From Cetorhinus maximus (taxonomy: Eukaryota), in the NCBI RefSeq assembly GCF_964194155.1, contig NC_135888.1, positions 24,614,001-24,678,000 of the forward strand: a DNA stretch of 64,000 nucleotides, read 5' to 3'. Positions 1 to 13,360 of this stretch are shown piece after piece (position 1 is the stretch's first letter; the number at the start of each line of letters is the position of its first letter). The notes below the pieces were generated by a model, which saw only the letters and a list, made by a program, of their open reading frames with translations, was not told where the DNA came from and searched no databases. The position numbers were made by a program, and so were the translations under genes.

Positions 1-1010
1 TGTGTGGGACCCGTACCCCATTGAGAGTCAGTGTGTGTGGGACCCGTACCCCAGTGAGAGTCAGGTGTGTGAGACCCTTATCTGAGTGAGAGTCAGTGTG
101 TGTGGCACCCGTACCCGCATGAGAATCAATGTGTGTGGAACTCGTAACCCAGTGAGAGTCAGTGTGTGTGGTACCCGTTAGCCAGTAAGGGTCAGTGTGT
201 GTGGGACCCGTACCCCAGTGAGAGCCAGTGTGTGTGGGACCCATACCCCAGTGAGAGCCAGTGCGTGTGGAACCCGTACCCAGTGAGAGCCAGCGTGTGT
301 GGGACCCGTACCCCAGTGAGAGCCAGTGTGTGTGGAACCCGTACCCCAGTGAGAGTCAGTGTGTGTGGGACCCGTAACCCAGTGAGAGTCAGGGTGTGTA
401 GCACCTGTACCCCAGTGAGAGTCAGTGTGTTTGGGACCCATACCCCAATGACAGCCAGTGTGTGTGGGACCCATACTCCAATGACAGCCAGTGTGTCTGG
501 GACCTGTACCCCAGTGAGAGTCAGTGTGTGGAACCCGTTAGCCAGTGAGAGCCAGTGCATGTGGAACCCGTACCCCAGTGAGAATCAGTGTGTCTGGGAC
601 CCATACCCCAGCGAGAGCCAGTGTGTGTAGCACCTGTACCCCAGTGAGAGTCAGTGTGTGTGGGACCCATACCCCAATGACAGCCAGTGTGTGTGGGACC
701 TGTACTCCAGTGACAGTCAGTGTGTGGAACCTGTTAGCCAGTGAGAGTCAGTGTGTGTGGGACCCGTACCCCAGTGAGAGCCTGAGTGTGTGGACCCGTA
801 ACCCAGTGAGAGTCAGTGTGTGTGGAACCCGTACCCCAGTGAGAGTCAGTGTGTGTGGGACCCGTAACCCAGTGAGAATCAGTGTGTGTGGGACCCGTAC
901 TCCAATGAGAGTCAGTGTGTGTGGGACCCGTACTCCAATGAGAGTCAGTGTGTGTAGGACCTGTACCCCAGTGAGAGTCAGTGTGTGTGGGGCCTTTAAC
1001 CCAGTGAGAG
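1..1010. repeat. 33-bp minisatellite (GTGAGAGTCAGTGTGTGTGGGACCCGTACCCCA)n, in a MED22 intron
   Basis: About 30 tandem units with (GT)n length variants; explains the 11-aa-periodic ORFs at 166-1060. Confidence 0.95.
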
Positions 1011-1071
1011 TTATTTAAAAAAAAACTACCAAGAGAAAGAATGGGGTGCGTTTGACCCACCCGCTACTTAC

Positions 1072-1152
1072 AATGTTTGCTGCTCTAACATGCATCTCAT
1101 AGTGATCTTGTTCACACTGAGTTGCACGGGATACCTGCGTCTCATCTTCAAC
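1072..1152 (-). CDS. MED22: Mediator subunit 22, second coding exon ([27 protein letters not shown]); remaining exons lie left of the window
   Basis: TTTACAG acceptor, GTAAGT donor, 81 nt in phase 0; matches recalled human [27 protein letters not shown]. Confidence 0.95.
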
Positions 1153-1419
1153 CTGTAAAACAAGATTCTGATGAACATTTAGGATCAGCATCTTAGGAAC
1201 TTCACATCAAACCTCTGACCACTTTGCAAATGCGGATGGTTCTGTTTGCTCATTGTGTAGCTCAGGAAACCGAGTGAAGTGGATACAGCAACAGCAGGAG
1301 GATGTTCAGCTCTTCAACCCTGTTCCCCATTTTATCACATCATGGCTGATCTGCACCTCAACTCCAATAACCCACCTTGGTTCCATATAGACTTACAGCC
1401 TTACCCAACAGATTCAGAA

Positions 1420-3180
1420 ATCTTTGGAAAGATTAGACAAGCTGGGATTGCTCTCCTTACAGCAGAGAAGGTTAAGTGGAGATTTAACTGAAGTGTTCAA
1501 AATTATGAAGGATTCTGACACAGTAAATAAGGAAAAACTGTTTCCAGCAGTAGGAGGGTCAGTAACCAGAAGATACAAGTTTAAGGCAATTGACAGATTC
1601 TTTTACCCAGTCAGTTATGATGATCTAGAAGGCACTGCCTGAAAGGGTGATGGAAGCAGACTTAATAGTAATTTTCAAAAGGGATTAGAATAAATACTTG
1701 AAAGGAAAAATGTGCAGGGCTAAGGGGAAAGGGCAGGGGAACCAGCATTAGCAAGGTGGAGCGAATATTTAACAAGATATTTTAATTTTTTTTGTCAAAC
1801 ATTGTGGAGAGAAAGATTTTACCGAGAGTTCTAGTCTCTATTGTAAAATGGATATGGGGCATCAGTAAAGGCGCAATAAAGATCTATAAGGATACAAGAA
1901 TTGAAACGTTATATCCATCAGAGCGTGAACAGGGTGGGTCTACTTTCTCTTGAAAAGAGGAGGCTGATAGGTGACCTGATGGAAGTCTGTAAAATTATGA
2001 AAGGGTTCAATAGGATAGATGTGGAGAAATGTTTTCAATTGTGGATGAGACCAGAATTAGGATACATCAAAATAGGATAGTCTCTAATGAATCATTTTGG
2101 GAATTCAGGAGAAACCTCCTTATCCAGAGAGGGGTGAGAATGTGGAACAACCACAGGGAGTAATCGAAGCAAATACTGTTTAAGGGGAAGCTGGATAAAC
2201 ACACGAGGGAGAAAGGAATAGAAGGATATGCTGATAAAGTGAGGTGAAGAGGAGTGGGAGGAGGCTCGTGTGCAGCATAAACACCAGCACGGACCAGTCG
2301 GGTTGAATGGCCTGTTTCTGTGCTGTAAAATTCAATGTAACTTATTCTTTCTTTATTGCCTGGGCTTTCAGTGTCATCTGGGCGGAGGGGAGATGGAGGA
2401 GGGAGAGTCTCACACTGAGCTAGCGGATTGGAATATGGGGCAGTAAGCAACAGAAGATTAATGACCACAGGGGTTTGAAACTCTGACTCCAGTCAGTGCA
2501 GGTGGGGGGTGGAGTTTGTGGGGAAACAGTGGAAGGGGAACGATGAACAGCATCAATACCCTGAGTTAGACATGTCAAGGTTCCTACTTCTGATCACCAC
2601 CCACCTCACCATTGGTTAAACATCACGCTGGGAAGGAGGCGTAGAAGTTAAGTTAATAAAACTGCTGATTGACTTTGTTGCTGTGGTTCACATCCAATAA
2701 CTCGAGCGCTGGAAAATTGAATGTGCAGCACTTGAAGTATTTTTTCCATCCAAGTAACAGTATTTAGGCAAACAGTGGAACTCTTTGGGGAAGGGTACAT
2801 ATGAACATACAAATTAGGAGGAGTAGGCCACTCGCCCTTCAACCCGCTCCGCAATTCAATAAGATCATGGCTGATCTGATTGTAACCTCAACCCCACATT
2901 CCTGCCTACCCCCAATAACCTTTCACCCCCTTGCTTATCAAGAATCTATCTCGCTCTGCTTCAAAAATATTCAAAGATTCTGCTTCCACTGCCTTTTGAG
3001 GAAGAGAATTCCAAAGACTCATGACCCTCAGAGAAAAAATTTCTCCTCATCTCTGTCTTAAATGGGCGACCCATTTTTAACCAGTGACCCCTAGTTCTAG
3101 ATTCTCCTACAAGAGGAAACATCCTCCACATGGACAATTTCACATTTGCCCACATTATACCCCATTTGCCAGGTTTTTGC
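1420..3180. mobile_element. Cluster of CR1 LINE 3' fragments (about 1420-1745 +, 1880-2340 +, 2800-3180 -)
   Basis: RLDKLGLLSLQQRRLSGDL-type ORF2 C-terminal peptides and CR1 3' UTR tails. Confidence 0.8.
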
Positions 3181-3354
3181 CCAGGGAGTGGTGGAGGTCG
3201 AAATGTTCAAGCTTACCGGTGAAAGAGGATGGGGTTACCGTTATGGAGATGTGAGAAATCAGAGCCCTTGTCATGGGATTTCTTCTCCATGTTATTTCTT
3301 ACCTCCACCCTTATGGATTCTACATCTTCTGATCCAAGTACGATAGCAAGAAAT

Positions 3355-5975
3355 TATCTTGGATTGGAAAATGTAGAATCCATATGGGTGGAGGTAAGAA
3401 ATAACAAGAGGAAGAAACATTGGTGGGAGTAGTCCATAGGCCCCCTAACAGTAGCTATGCTGTAGAACAGAGAATAAATCAGGAGATAATGAGGGCATGT
3501 AAAAAAGGCAGTACATTAATCATGGGTGACTTTAATCTTCATGTAGATTGGGAAAATTAAATGGGCAGAGGTAGCCACAAGCAAGAATTCATAGACTGTA
3601 TTTGGGACAGTTTCCTCGAACAATATGTTGTGAATCCAGGGGTCAGGCTATTTTGGATCTGGTAATGTGTAATAAGGCAGGTTTAATAAATGATCTCAGA
3701 GTAAAAGATCCCCTAGAAAACAGTGACCATAATATGGTAGAATTTAGCGTTCAGTTTGAGTGAGAAACTTGGTTCGGAAACAACTATACTAAACTTAAAT
3801 AAGGGTAATTACAAAGGAATGAGGGCAGAGTTGGTTGGAGTGGACTGGGAAAGGAGTTTATCAGAAAAGACGGTTGATGAACAATGGTAGACGTTTAAGA
3901 AAATAGTTCATGATTCAAAACATATATCCCAGTGAGGAAGAAGGATTCTAGGAAGGGGATACCCAGCCATGGTTAACTAAGGACGTTAAGGAGTTTAACA
4001 AATTGAAAGAAAAAAAAACATACAATGTGGCAAAGATTAGTGGTAAGCCAGAGGATTGGGAAAGTTTTAAAAATCAACAGAAGATAGCCAAAAAAACAAT
4101 AGAGGCAGAAAATAAACTTTGAGGGTAAACTAGCAAATAATATAAAAACGGACAGTAAGAGCTTCTTTAAGTATATAAAAAGGAAGAGAGAGGCCAAAGT
4201 GAACATAGGCCCCTTAGAGAATGAGGCTGGGGAACCAGGAAATGGCAGAGAAGTTGAATAAATACTTTGCATCAGTCTTCATGGTAGAAGACACTAATAG
4301 CATTCCAAAAATATTAAATAAACAGGGGGGGAAGGGGGGGGGGGTGCGAGGAAATAAATACAATAACTATCACTAGAGAAAAAGTACTAGGGAAACTAAT
4401 GGTGCTAAAGGCTGATAAGTTCTTTGGGTTCCATCCTAGGATATTTAAGGAAGTAGCTGCAGAGATAATGGATGCACTGGTAGCAATCTTCCAAGAATTC
4501 TTAGATTTTGGAAAAGTCCCAGAAGATTGGAAAACTGCCAATGTAACACCCTTATTCAGAAAGAGGGGGAGACAAAAAACAGGTAACTATAGGCCAGTTA
4601 GCTTAACATCCGTCACTGGGAAAATGTTGGAGTCCATTATAAAGGATGTAATACCAGGGCATTTAGAAATGCATAATATAATCAAGCAGAGTCAGCATGG
4701 CTTCATGAAGGGGAAATAATGCCTGATAAATTTATTAGAATTCTTTGAGGAGGTGACAAGCATGATAGATAAAGAGGAACCAGCAGATGTAATACATTTG
4801 GATTTTCAAAAGGCATTCAATAAGGTACTGCACATAAGGCTACTTAATAAGATAACAGCCCATGGTGTTGGGGGTAGTATATTAGCATGGACAGAGGATT
4901 GGTTAACTAGTAGAAGGCAGAGAGTTGGGATAAGGGGGTCATTTTTAGGGTGGCAACCTATAACCAGTGGAGCGCCGCAGGGATCAGAGCTGGGGCCACA
5001 ATTATTTACAATATATATTAATGACTTGGATGAGGGAAATGAATGTACTATCGCCAAGTTTGCGCATGACACAAAAATAGGTGGGAAGGCAAGTGGTGAG
5101 GATGACACAAAGAGTCTACAGAGGGATATAGACAGGTTAAGTGAGTGGGCAAAAACTCGGCAGATGGAATATAATGTGGGAAAATGTGAGGTTATGCACT
5201 TTGGCAGGAAGAATAGAGGAGCTGAATATTATTTAAATTGAGAAAGACTACAGGAAGTTGCAGCAGAGGGATTTGGTGGTCCTTGTGCATGAATCCCAAA
5301 AAGCTAGCATACAAGTTCAACAGGTAATAGAGAAGGTAAATGGAATGTTGGCCTTTATTTCAAAGGGAATGAAGTATAAAAATAGGGAAGTCTTGCTAAA
5401 ACTATTCAAGGCACTAGTTAGACCACACCAAGAATACTGTGAACAGTTTTGGTCCCCTTATCTAAGGAAAGATATACTGGCGTTGGAGGCAGTCCAGAGA
5501 AGGTTCACTAGGTTGATCCCAGGTATGGAGGGATTTCCTTATGAGGAGAGGTTGAGTAGGTTGGGCCTGTATTCATTGGAGCATAGAAGAATGAGAGGCG
5601 ATCTTATTGAATATAAGATTCTTAGGGGGCTTGACAGGGTAGATGCTGAGAGGTTATTTCCCTTTGTGGGAGAAACTAGGACCAGAAGGCATCATCTCAA
5701 AGTAAGGGGTTGTCCATTTAAGACAGAGATGAGGAGGAATTTTTTCTCTCAAAGGATAGTTATTCTGTGGAATTCTTTACTGCAGAGGCTCAGTCGTCAA
5801 GTATATTCAAAGCTGAGATAGACAAATTTTTAATCAGTAAGGGAATCAAAGGTCATGGGGAAAAGGCAGGAAAGTGGAGTTGAGAATTATCAGATCAAGC
5901 ATGATCTCATTGAATGGCGGAGCAGACCCAATGGGCCAAATGGCCTACTTCTGCTCCGAAATCCTACGGTCTTAT
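3355..5975 (+). mobile_element. CR1 LINE, degenerate endonuclease-RT
   Basis: MGDFN endonuclease motif, NYRPVSLTS, PQGSELGP and KFAHDTK RT motifs, stops/frameshifts, CR1 3' tail. Confidence 0.92.
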
Positions 5976-6509
5976 GGGAGCAGACAAGGCTAAAGGGGTC
6001 CCTGTTATGGGAGTTTGAGATTAGGAAAGATTATAAGGGGCTAAATAGTCAGAGGTTGGTCCCATTGTTCAGTGGGCAAGGATCAAGAGGCAGATGTTTA
6101 AAATAATCACAAAATAAATTAAAGGAGTAGTTAGAAAATGTTTTTATACACCTGGCAGTCAGAATATGGGATTTTCTGTCACAAACTCTGGCTGAAGCAA
6201 ATCTGTAAATTCTCTGAAAAGAAAATTATAGAATTGCTGACAAAGCGACACATTAAACTGTAAGCAGGGTGAGTGGGATTAGATTGGGTTAATTGTGTGG
6301 CAGGGTTAATGGGCCAAATGACCTTGTTTCTATGCTGGACTGTCACTGACATATAAAGACTGTTGATATATGACTTAATGCTGCCCAGGATTTGAGATTT
6401 GATGCACTATTGAGAAATGGTCTTCCCAGGATAAACATGAAGTAAAGTGAGAGAACATTCGCTCAGATGGGCCTTGCTAGCACAACTGGTCTCATTCGGT
6501 GCCACATAC

Positions 6510-6632
6510 CCGTGCACTTTTGATGATTTCTGTAAAGTTATCCAGGATAGATTTGATGTCATCTTTCAGTCTCTTGTTGTAGGACTGGAGCAGCAGCTCT
6601 TTACTCTGAGGCAATGTTCGTTGCTGTGACAT
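6510..6632 (-). CDS. MED22: Mediator subunit 22, first coding exon ([41 protein letters not shown])
   Basis: ATG at 6632-6630, acceptor TTGCAG just before 6649, GTATGT donor after 6510; near-identical to the recalled MED22 N-terminus. Confidence 0.96.
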
Positions 6633-6829
6633 TCTGGCCCCTGGTCACCCTGCAACAACAGAAGTGAAAATACACAAAAGCAACGTTATTACAAATTTCT
6701 CTACATCAGCTGCACCCCGCCCCCCACTCCAAAATCTCCTATGTTCAGTTCCAGAGAAGTAGGTAGCCCTCTCATACCAGAATTATACAGCCAGGGTTTT
6801 GGGTACGATCTCAGACGCTGACATGAGAG

Positions 6830-7290
6830 CACTAAGAACGTAAAAGCAGAAATAGGCCATTCAGCCCCTTCAGCCTACACTGCCATTTGATAAGATCGTG
6901 GCTGATCTGTTTGTGGCCTCAAATTCATTTTTCCAACTGTCCCCCAAAATTTTTGATACCCTTGTCAATCAAAAATCTGTCTAACTCAGTTTTGAATATA
7001 TTCAATGACCCGGCATCCATTGCTCTCCAAGGAATAGAACAGCAAACACTAATGACCCTCTGAGAGAAGAAATTCTTCCTCATCTACATCTTAAATGGGA
7101 AACCCATTAACTTTAAACTGTGCCCTCTAGTTCTAGCTTTCCCTATGAGAGGAAACATCCTCTCAGCATCCACCATGTCAAGCCCCCTCAGAATCTTGTA
7201 TGTTTTAATAAGATCAACTCTCATTCTCCAAAAATCCAATGAGTATAGGCCCAAACCGCACAATCTTTCCTCATAAGATAAACTCCTCAA
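6830..7290 (-). mobile_element. CR1 LINE 3' fragment
   Basis: YEERLCGLGLYSL...RTRGHSLKL peptide plus CR1 tail. Confidence 0.85.
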
Positions 7291-7424
7291 ATTGTGAAAA
7301 CCTAAAATGTTGAAATCTATACATCCAGAGTTTGGGATCCTAGTTTGCAATCAACAATTTAGTCAGAAAGTTGTGCATTCAAGTTGCACTCCAGGGAGTT
7401 AAACACAGAAACCTGGCACACATT

Positions 7425-8246
7425 CAGAGTGCAGTGCTGAGGGAGTGCCGCACTGTCGGAAGGTCAGTACTGAGAGAGTGCAGCACTGTCGGAGGGTCAG
7501 TACTGAGGGAGTGCTGCACTGTCGGAGGGTCAGTACTGAGAGAGTGCAGCACTGTCGGAGGGTCAGTACTGAGGGAGTGCTGCACTGTCGAAGGGTCAGT
7601 ACTGAGGGAGTGCTGCACTGTCAGAAGGTCAGTACTGAGGGAGTGCTGCACTGTTGGAGGGTCAGTACTGAGGGAGTGCTGCACTGTCGGAGGGTCAGTA
7701 CTGAGGGAGTGCTGCACTGTCGGAGGGTCAGTACTGAGGGAGTGCCGCACTGTCGGAGGGTCAGTACTGAGGGAGTGCTGCACTGTCGGAGGGTCAGTAC
7801 TGAGGGAGTGCTGCACTGTCGGAGGGTCAGTACTGAGGGAGTGCTGCACTGTCGGAGGGTTAGTACTGAGGGAGTGCTGCACTGTCGGTGGGTCAGTATT
7901 GAGGGAGTGCTGCACTGTCGGAGGGTCAATACTGAGGGAGTGCAGCACTGTCGGAGGATCAGTACTGAGGGAGTGCAGCACTGTCGGAGGGTCAGTACTG
8001 AGGGAGTGCTGCACTGTCGGAGGGTCAGTACTGAGGGAGTGCAGCACTGTCGGAGGGTCAGTACTGAGGGAGTGCTGCACTGTCGGAGCGTCAGCACTGA
8101 GGGAGTGCTGCACTGTCGGAGGGTCAATACTGAGGGAGTGCAGCACTGTCGGAGGGTCAGTACTGAGGGAGTGCTGCACTGTCGGAGGGTCAGTACTGAG
8201 GGAGTGCTGCACTGTCGGAGGGTCAGTACTGAGGGAGTGCTGCAGT
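7425..8246 (+). repeat. 33-bp minisatellite (CAGTACTGAGGGAGTGCTGCACTGTCGGAGGGT)n grown from a SINE body
   Basis: About 25 tandem units, preceded by SINE-like sequence at about 7380-7430. Confidence 0.95.
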
Positions 8247-8419
8247 GTTTTGCATGCAATTTGCGCACGGGAAGATCCCACAAAAAAGCGACATTATGGT
8301 AAAGGATTACGTTACTTTTTATTGATGGGAGACCCTCCCCCCGCGTCTTGTTTGCAATGAACCTCACGATCCTTTAATAATAATGAAAATAGAAAATGCT
8401 GGAAATACTCTGCAGGTCT

Positions 8420-8455
8420 GGTTAACGTTTCGAATCTGTATGACTCTTCGTCAGA
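8420..8455 (-). ncRNA. PLE-derived minimal hammerhead core in MED22 intron 1 (stem I disrupted)
   Basis: Minus strand CUGACGA-A-GAGUC-AUACA-GAUUC-GAAACGUU, followed by the PLE 3' terminus. Confidence 0.55.
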
Positions 8456-8495
8456 GGCTCCTTCATCCGGCAAGGGGCTTTGTTTAAATTCTCAC

Positions 8496-8875
8496 CTGGG
8501 TCACCTAAACTGAAGGCACTGAGGCCAGCTGCAGTCAGCACAGCCTCAGGTATGGTCACTGCCTCTCCCGGTGCCGCTAGCCCCGCTCCCCGGGCCTACT
8601 CGCTGCCCGCCCGAGGAAGCCGACAATTCTCAACCGGGCCCGTCAACTGGCTGCAACCAAACCTGCGCCGCCCTGAATTCCCGCCTCAGCTCGCAGTTGA
8701 TTGGTGGTTTGGCTGAAGGCTGACTAATCCCGCCATCTGAATGGCTAGCTGGGATGTCAATCTAACGTGATAGAATCGCCTCTCAAGCTCGGTTGAGCGG
8801 TGGGCAGCCAGCCAATAGAAGGAGCCATACTGGGGCATGTGATAGATCACCGCCATCTTAGTAAGGTCAAGCCTT
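8496..8875 (-). promoter_or_regulatory. MED22: MED22 probable non-coding exon 1 and CpG-rich promoter
   Basis: CAG|GTGAGA donor at 8496/8495; CpG-rich; two YY1-type CCGCCATCT motifs (about 8730, 8850); CCAAT boxes in both orientations (about 8700, 8812). Confidence 0.7.
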
Positions 8876-9049
8876 CTTGTTAAAGGAGAACATCAACAAG
8901 GGTGGGAAGAATAGGGTTATTATGCCCAAATCTGCAAAAGGTTGGAAAACTTTGGGACAAAAGCACATAACTGTCTTTTAGCTCATGTGAATAACTTGAA
9001 TTCAGAAGTGGTCAAACCAGGAAGGCCACTAGATCCAGAAGTTACAGAC

Positions 9050-10430
9050 TGTACTACAGACCAGTGAGTCTCATGTCAGTGGTAGGGAAACTATTGGAGA
9101 AAATTCTGAAGGAGAGAATCTATCTCCATTTGGAGAGGCAAGGTTTGATCAGGGATAGTCAGCATGGCTTTGTCAGAGGGAGGTCATGTCTAACAAATTT
9201 GATTGAATTTTTTGAGGAGGTGACCCGGTGTGTAGATGAGGGTAGTGCAGTTGATGTAGTTTATATGGGTTTCAGCAAAGCCTTTGACAAGGTCCCACAT
9301 GGGAGACTTATAAAGGCACATGTGATACATGGTAATTTGATAAGGTGGATTCAAAATTGACTTAGTTGTAGGAGACAAGGTGATGACAGAAGGCTGCTTT
9401 AGTGACTGGAAGCCAGTGTCTAGTGGCGTATCACAGGGATCTATGCTGGGTCCCCTATTATTCGTCATTTATATAAACAACATAGATGACTATGTGGGGT
9501 AGGATTTGTAAGTTTGTGGATGACACAAAGATTGGCCGGGTGGTTAACAGTGAGGCTGAGTGTCTTGGGCTACAGGAAGATATAGACGGGATGGTCAAAT
9601 GGGCAGATAAGTAGCAGATCGAATTTAACCCTGAAAAGTGTGAGGTGATACAATTTGGAAGGAGTAATTTGACAAGGAAGTATTCAATGAATGGCATGAC
9701 AATAGGAAGTCCGAAGGAACAAAGGGACCTTGGCGTGTGTGTCCATAGATCTCTGAAGGCGGAGGGGCATGTTAGTTGGGTGGTGAAAAAGGCATATGGG
9801 AAACTTGCCTTTATCAATCGAGGCATAGATTACAAAAGTAGGGTGGTCATGTTGGAGTTGTATAGAACCTTGTTGAGGCCACAGCTGGAGTACTGTGTGC
9901 GGTTCTGGTCACCACATTATGGGGAGAATGCGATTGCACTGGAGGGAGTGCAGAGGAGATTCACCAGGATGTTGCCTGGGTGAAACATTTAAGCTATGAG
10001 GAGAGGTTGGATAGACTTGGGTTGTTTTCGTTGGAGCAGAGAAGACTGAGGGGCGACCTGATCGAGGTGTACAAGATTATGAGGGGCATGGACAGGGTGG
10101 ATAGGGAGCAGCTGTTCCCCTTAGTTGAATGTCAGTCACGAGGTGCATAAGTTCAAGGTGAGGGGCAGGAGGCTTAGGGGGATGTGAGGGAAAACTTTTT
10201 TACCCAGAGCGTAGTGACAGTCTGGAATGCGCTGCCTGGGATGGGGGTGGAGGCGGGTTGCCTCACCTCCTTTATAAAGTATCTGGATGAGCACTTGGCA
10301 CATCATAACATTCAAGGCTATGGGCCAAGTGCTGGTAAATGGGATTAGGTAGGTAGGTCAGATGTTTCCCACGTGTCGGTGCAGACTTGATGGGCCGAAG
10401 GGCCTCTTCTGCACTATGTGATTCTGTGTA
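9050..10430 (+). mobile_element. CR1 LINE RT and 3' end (subfamily with an ATTCTGTG-type tail)
   Basis: SQHGFVRGRSCLTNL and [10 protein letters not shown] motifs; tail TGTGATTCTGTG. Confidence 0.92.
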
Positions 10431-10720
10431 TTGGACAAGATCCATCAGTGGGCAGAACAAAGGCAGATTAAATTGAAGGGCAGGGCATTGAATGTAATGT
10501 GCTAAATTGAGCAAGAAAACAGACGACAACTTACATTTATTCAATGCCTTTCACAAACTTGGGCGTTCCAAAGTTGTTCAGACACTGAAGTACTTTTAAC
10601 GAGTGGTCACTTTGAAATATAGTAAGTGTGTAGTGGTACATTTTGGCAGGAAGGAGCTGTTTTCAAGCTGTTCCAGAACAGCTACAACACTGGCATCAAC
10701 CTGGCTATGTGGAAAATTGC

Positions 10721-11755
10721 TGTCGAGGTCGGGCTATATGACTCACAATGAACTTATGCATTGAATACTAAATGTGTCATAATTGTACTGAAGCACCTCA
10801 GAGTGCAACATAATGTATGTCGATAACTCCAATATCATTGCACTGTCTGATTGTCTGTAATGACCTTATTGAAATGACTGTAATATTCATTGATTGTATT
10901 GAAGCACCTTGTGATCCATATGTAAAAGTTGAATTTGAGTACACTTTTTGTGATAACCATTTAGAAATGTTTTGTAATGTTCTTTCAGATATTTTATGAA
11001 TAAAGTATATTTTTCCCCCAAAACAATTGCCCTCGAGGTGGCTGTGGTGGGGAAGAGACCGTTGTTCACCTCCTTGTGGAATGTGCCTTTGCAAAGAAGG
11101 TCTGACGGGAGATGCAGTGGTGTCTGTCCAGGTTCATCCTGAGCAGTGCTGTGACACAGGACTCTGTGCTCTACGGGCTGTTCCTAGGGACACACACCGA
11201 GACAAACACCAACTGCAGCTGGACGATCATCAACTCGGTGAAAGACGCTCTCTGGTCTGCCCGAAACTTGTTGGTCTTCCAGTGCAAAGAGTTGTCCCCA
11301 ACTCAATGTTGCAGACTGGCACGTTCCAAGGTCCAGGACTACGTGCTGAGGGATGCACTAAAGCTTGGGGCAGCCGCCGCAAAGGCACAATGGGGATGGG
11401 TCGCTGTCTTAGATCTTTCTGCCATAGTGCACCGAGGGGCTGGGAATTGTATAGACCCCTCGGGCTGTCTGACGCTCAATGAATGTATACAGTGAATATT
11501 AAATGTATCATAATTGTATTAAAGCACCTCAGAGTGCAACATGATCTATGTTGATAACTTGAATACCATTGCACTGTTTGACTGTATGTAATGACCATGT
11601 TGAAATGTGTGTAATGTTCATTGATTGTATTGAAGCACCCCGTGATCTATGTGGAAAAGTTGAATATGAGTGCAGTTTTTGTGATGGCCATTTTGAAATG
11701 TTTTGTAATGTTCTTTCAGATATTTTATGAATAAAGCATATTTTTCCAAAAAAAC
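10721..11755 (+). mobile_element. Two tandem 3' ends of a Tx1/L1-clade LINE
   Basis: CPRGGCGGEETV..H...C zinc knuckle and KDALWSARN C-terminus; duplicated 3' UTR ending AATAAA plus an A tract; AATTGC(CC) at all three junctions. Confidence 0.75.
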
Positions 11756-12077
11756 AATTGCCCACGTAAGCCCTGTCCACAAAAAGCAGGACAAATCCAA
11801 CCTGGCCAATTACAGTTATAACAAAAGCAAAATACTGTGTATGCTGGAAATCTGAAATAAAAACAGAAAATACTGGAAAAACTCAGCAGGTCTGGCAACA
11901 TCTGCGGAGAGAGAAACAGAGTTAACGTTTCGTGTCTGTATGATTCTTCTTCACAGTTTAAGAGAGGTAGAAATGTGATGGATTTTATACTGTTTAACAG
12001 GGGTGGAGCAGATGGAGCAAAATAGAAGGTCAGGAATGGGTGGGAGTTCAGGAGAGATTTATTTAACAAAATTTCAT

Positions 12078-13330
12078 TTGACAAATTTATTAGAATTCTT
12101 TGAGGAGGTAACAAGCAGGATAGATAAAGGAACCAGCAGATGTAATATATTTGGATTTCCAAAAGGCGTTCGATAAGGTATTACACCATAAGGTTACTTA
12201 ATAAGATAAGAGCCCATGGTGTTGGGAGTAGTATATCAGCATGGATAGAGGATGGCTAACTAATACAATAGAGTTGGGATACAGGGGGCATTTTCAGGAA
12301 TGCAACCTGTAACTAGTGGAGTGCCACAGGGATCAGTGCTGGGGCCACAGTTATTTACAATATATATTAATGACTTAGATGAGAGAAATGAATGTACTAT
12401 CGCCAAGTTTGCAGATGACACAAAAATAGGTGGGAAGACAAGTGGTGAGGATGACACAAAGAGTCTACAAAGGGATATAAATAGGTTGAGTGAGTGGGCA
12501 AAAACTTGGCAGGTGGAATATAATGGGGGAAAATGTGAGGGGTTATGCACTTTGGCAGGAAGAATAGAGGAGCTGAATATTATTTAAATTGAGAAAGACT
12601 GCAGAAAGCTGCAGCACAGGGGGATTTGGGGGTCCTCTTGCATGAATCCCAAAAAGCTAGCATAAAAGTTCAGCAGGTAATAGGTAAGGCAAATGGAATG
12701 TTGACCTTTATTTCAAAAGGAATGGAGTATAAAAATAGGGAAGTCTTGCTAAAACTATACAAGGCACTAGTTAGACCACACCTAGAATACTGTGAACAGT
12801 TTTGGTCCCCTTATCTAAGAAAAGATATACTGGCATTAGAGGCAGTCCAGAGAAGGTTCACTAGGTTGATCCCAGGTATGGAGGGATTTTCTTATGAAGA
12901 GAGGTTGAGTAGGTTGGGTCTGTGCTCATTGGAGTTTAGAAGAGTGAGAGGTGACCTTATTGAAACACATAAGATCCTTTGGGGGCTTGACATGGTGACT
13001 GAGAGGTTGTTTCCTCTGTGGGAGAGTCTAGGACCAGAGGGCATAATCTCAGAGTAAGGGGGCGCCCATTTAAAAGAAAGATGAGGAAGAATTTCTTTTT
13101 TCAGAGGGAAGTCAATCTGTGGAATTCTTTACCGCAAAGGGCTGTAGAGGCTGGGTCGTTAAGTATATTCAAGGCAGAGATAGACAGATTTTTAATCAGT
13201 AAGGGGATCAAGGGTTATAGGGAAAAGGCAGGAAAGTGGAGTTGAAAATGATCAGTTCAGCCACGATCTCATTGAATGGCGGAGCAGACGCGATGGGCCG
13301 AATGGCCTACTTCTGCTCCTAGGTCTTATG
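12078..13330 (+). mobile_element. 5'-truncated CR1 LINE inserted in the PLE 3' UTR
   Basis: [10 protein letters not shown] and KFADDTK motifs; GTCTTATG tail; PLE sequence resumes at TGACAAAG. Confidence 0.92.
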
Positions 13331-13360
13331 TGACAAAGATGTCATGGGCACAAGACAAAG

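Noticed and set aside
7371-8367. Long Cys-rich ORFs (329, 285, 248 aa) and similar ORFs at 166-1060, 35708-36705 and 63557-63862
   Set aside because: Translations of 33-bp minisatellites, open in several frames on both strands and lying in introns or repeat arrays.
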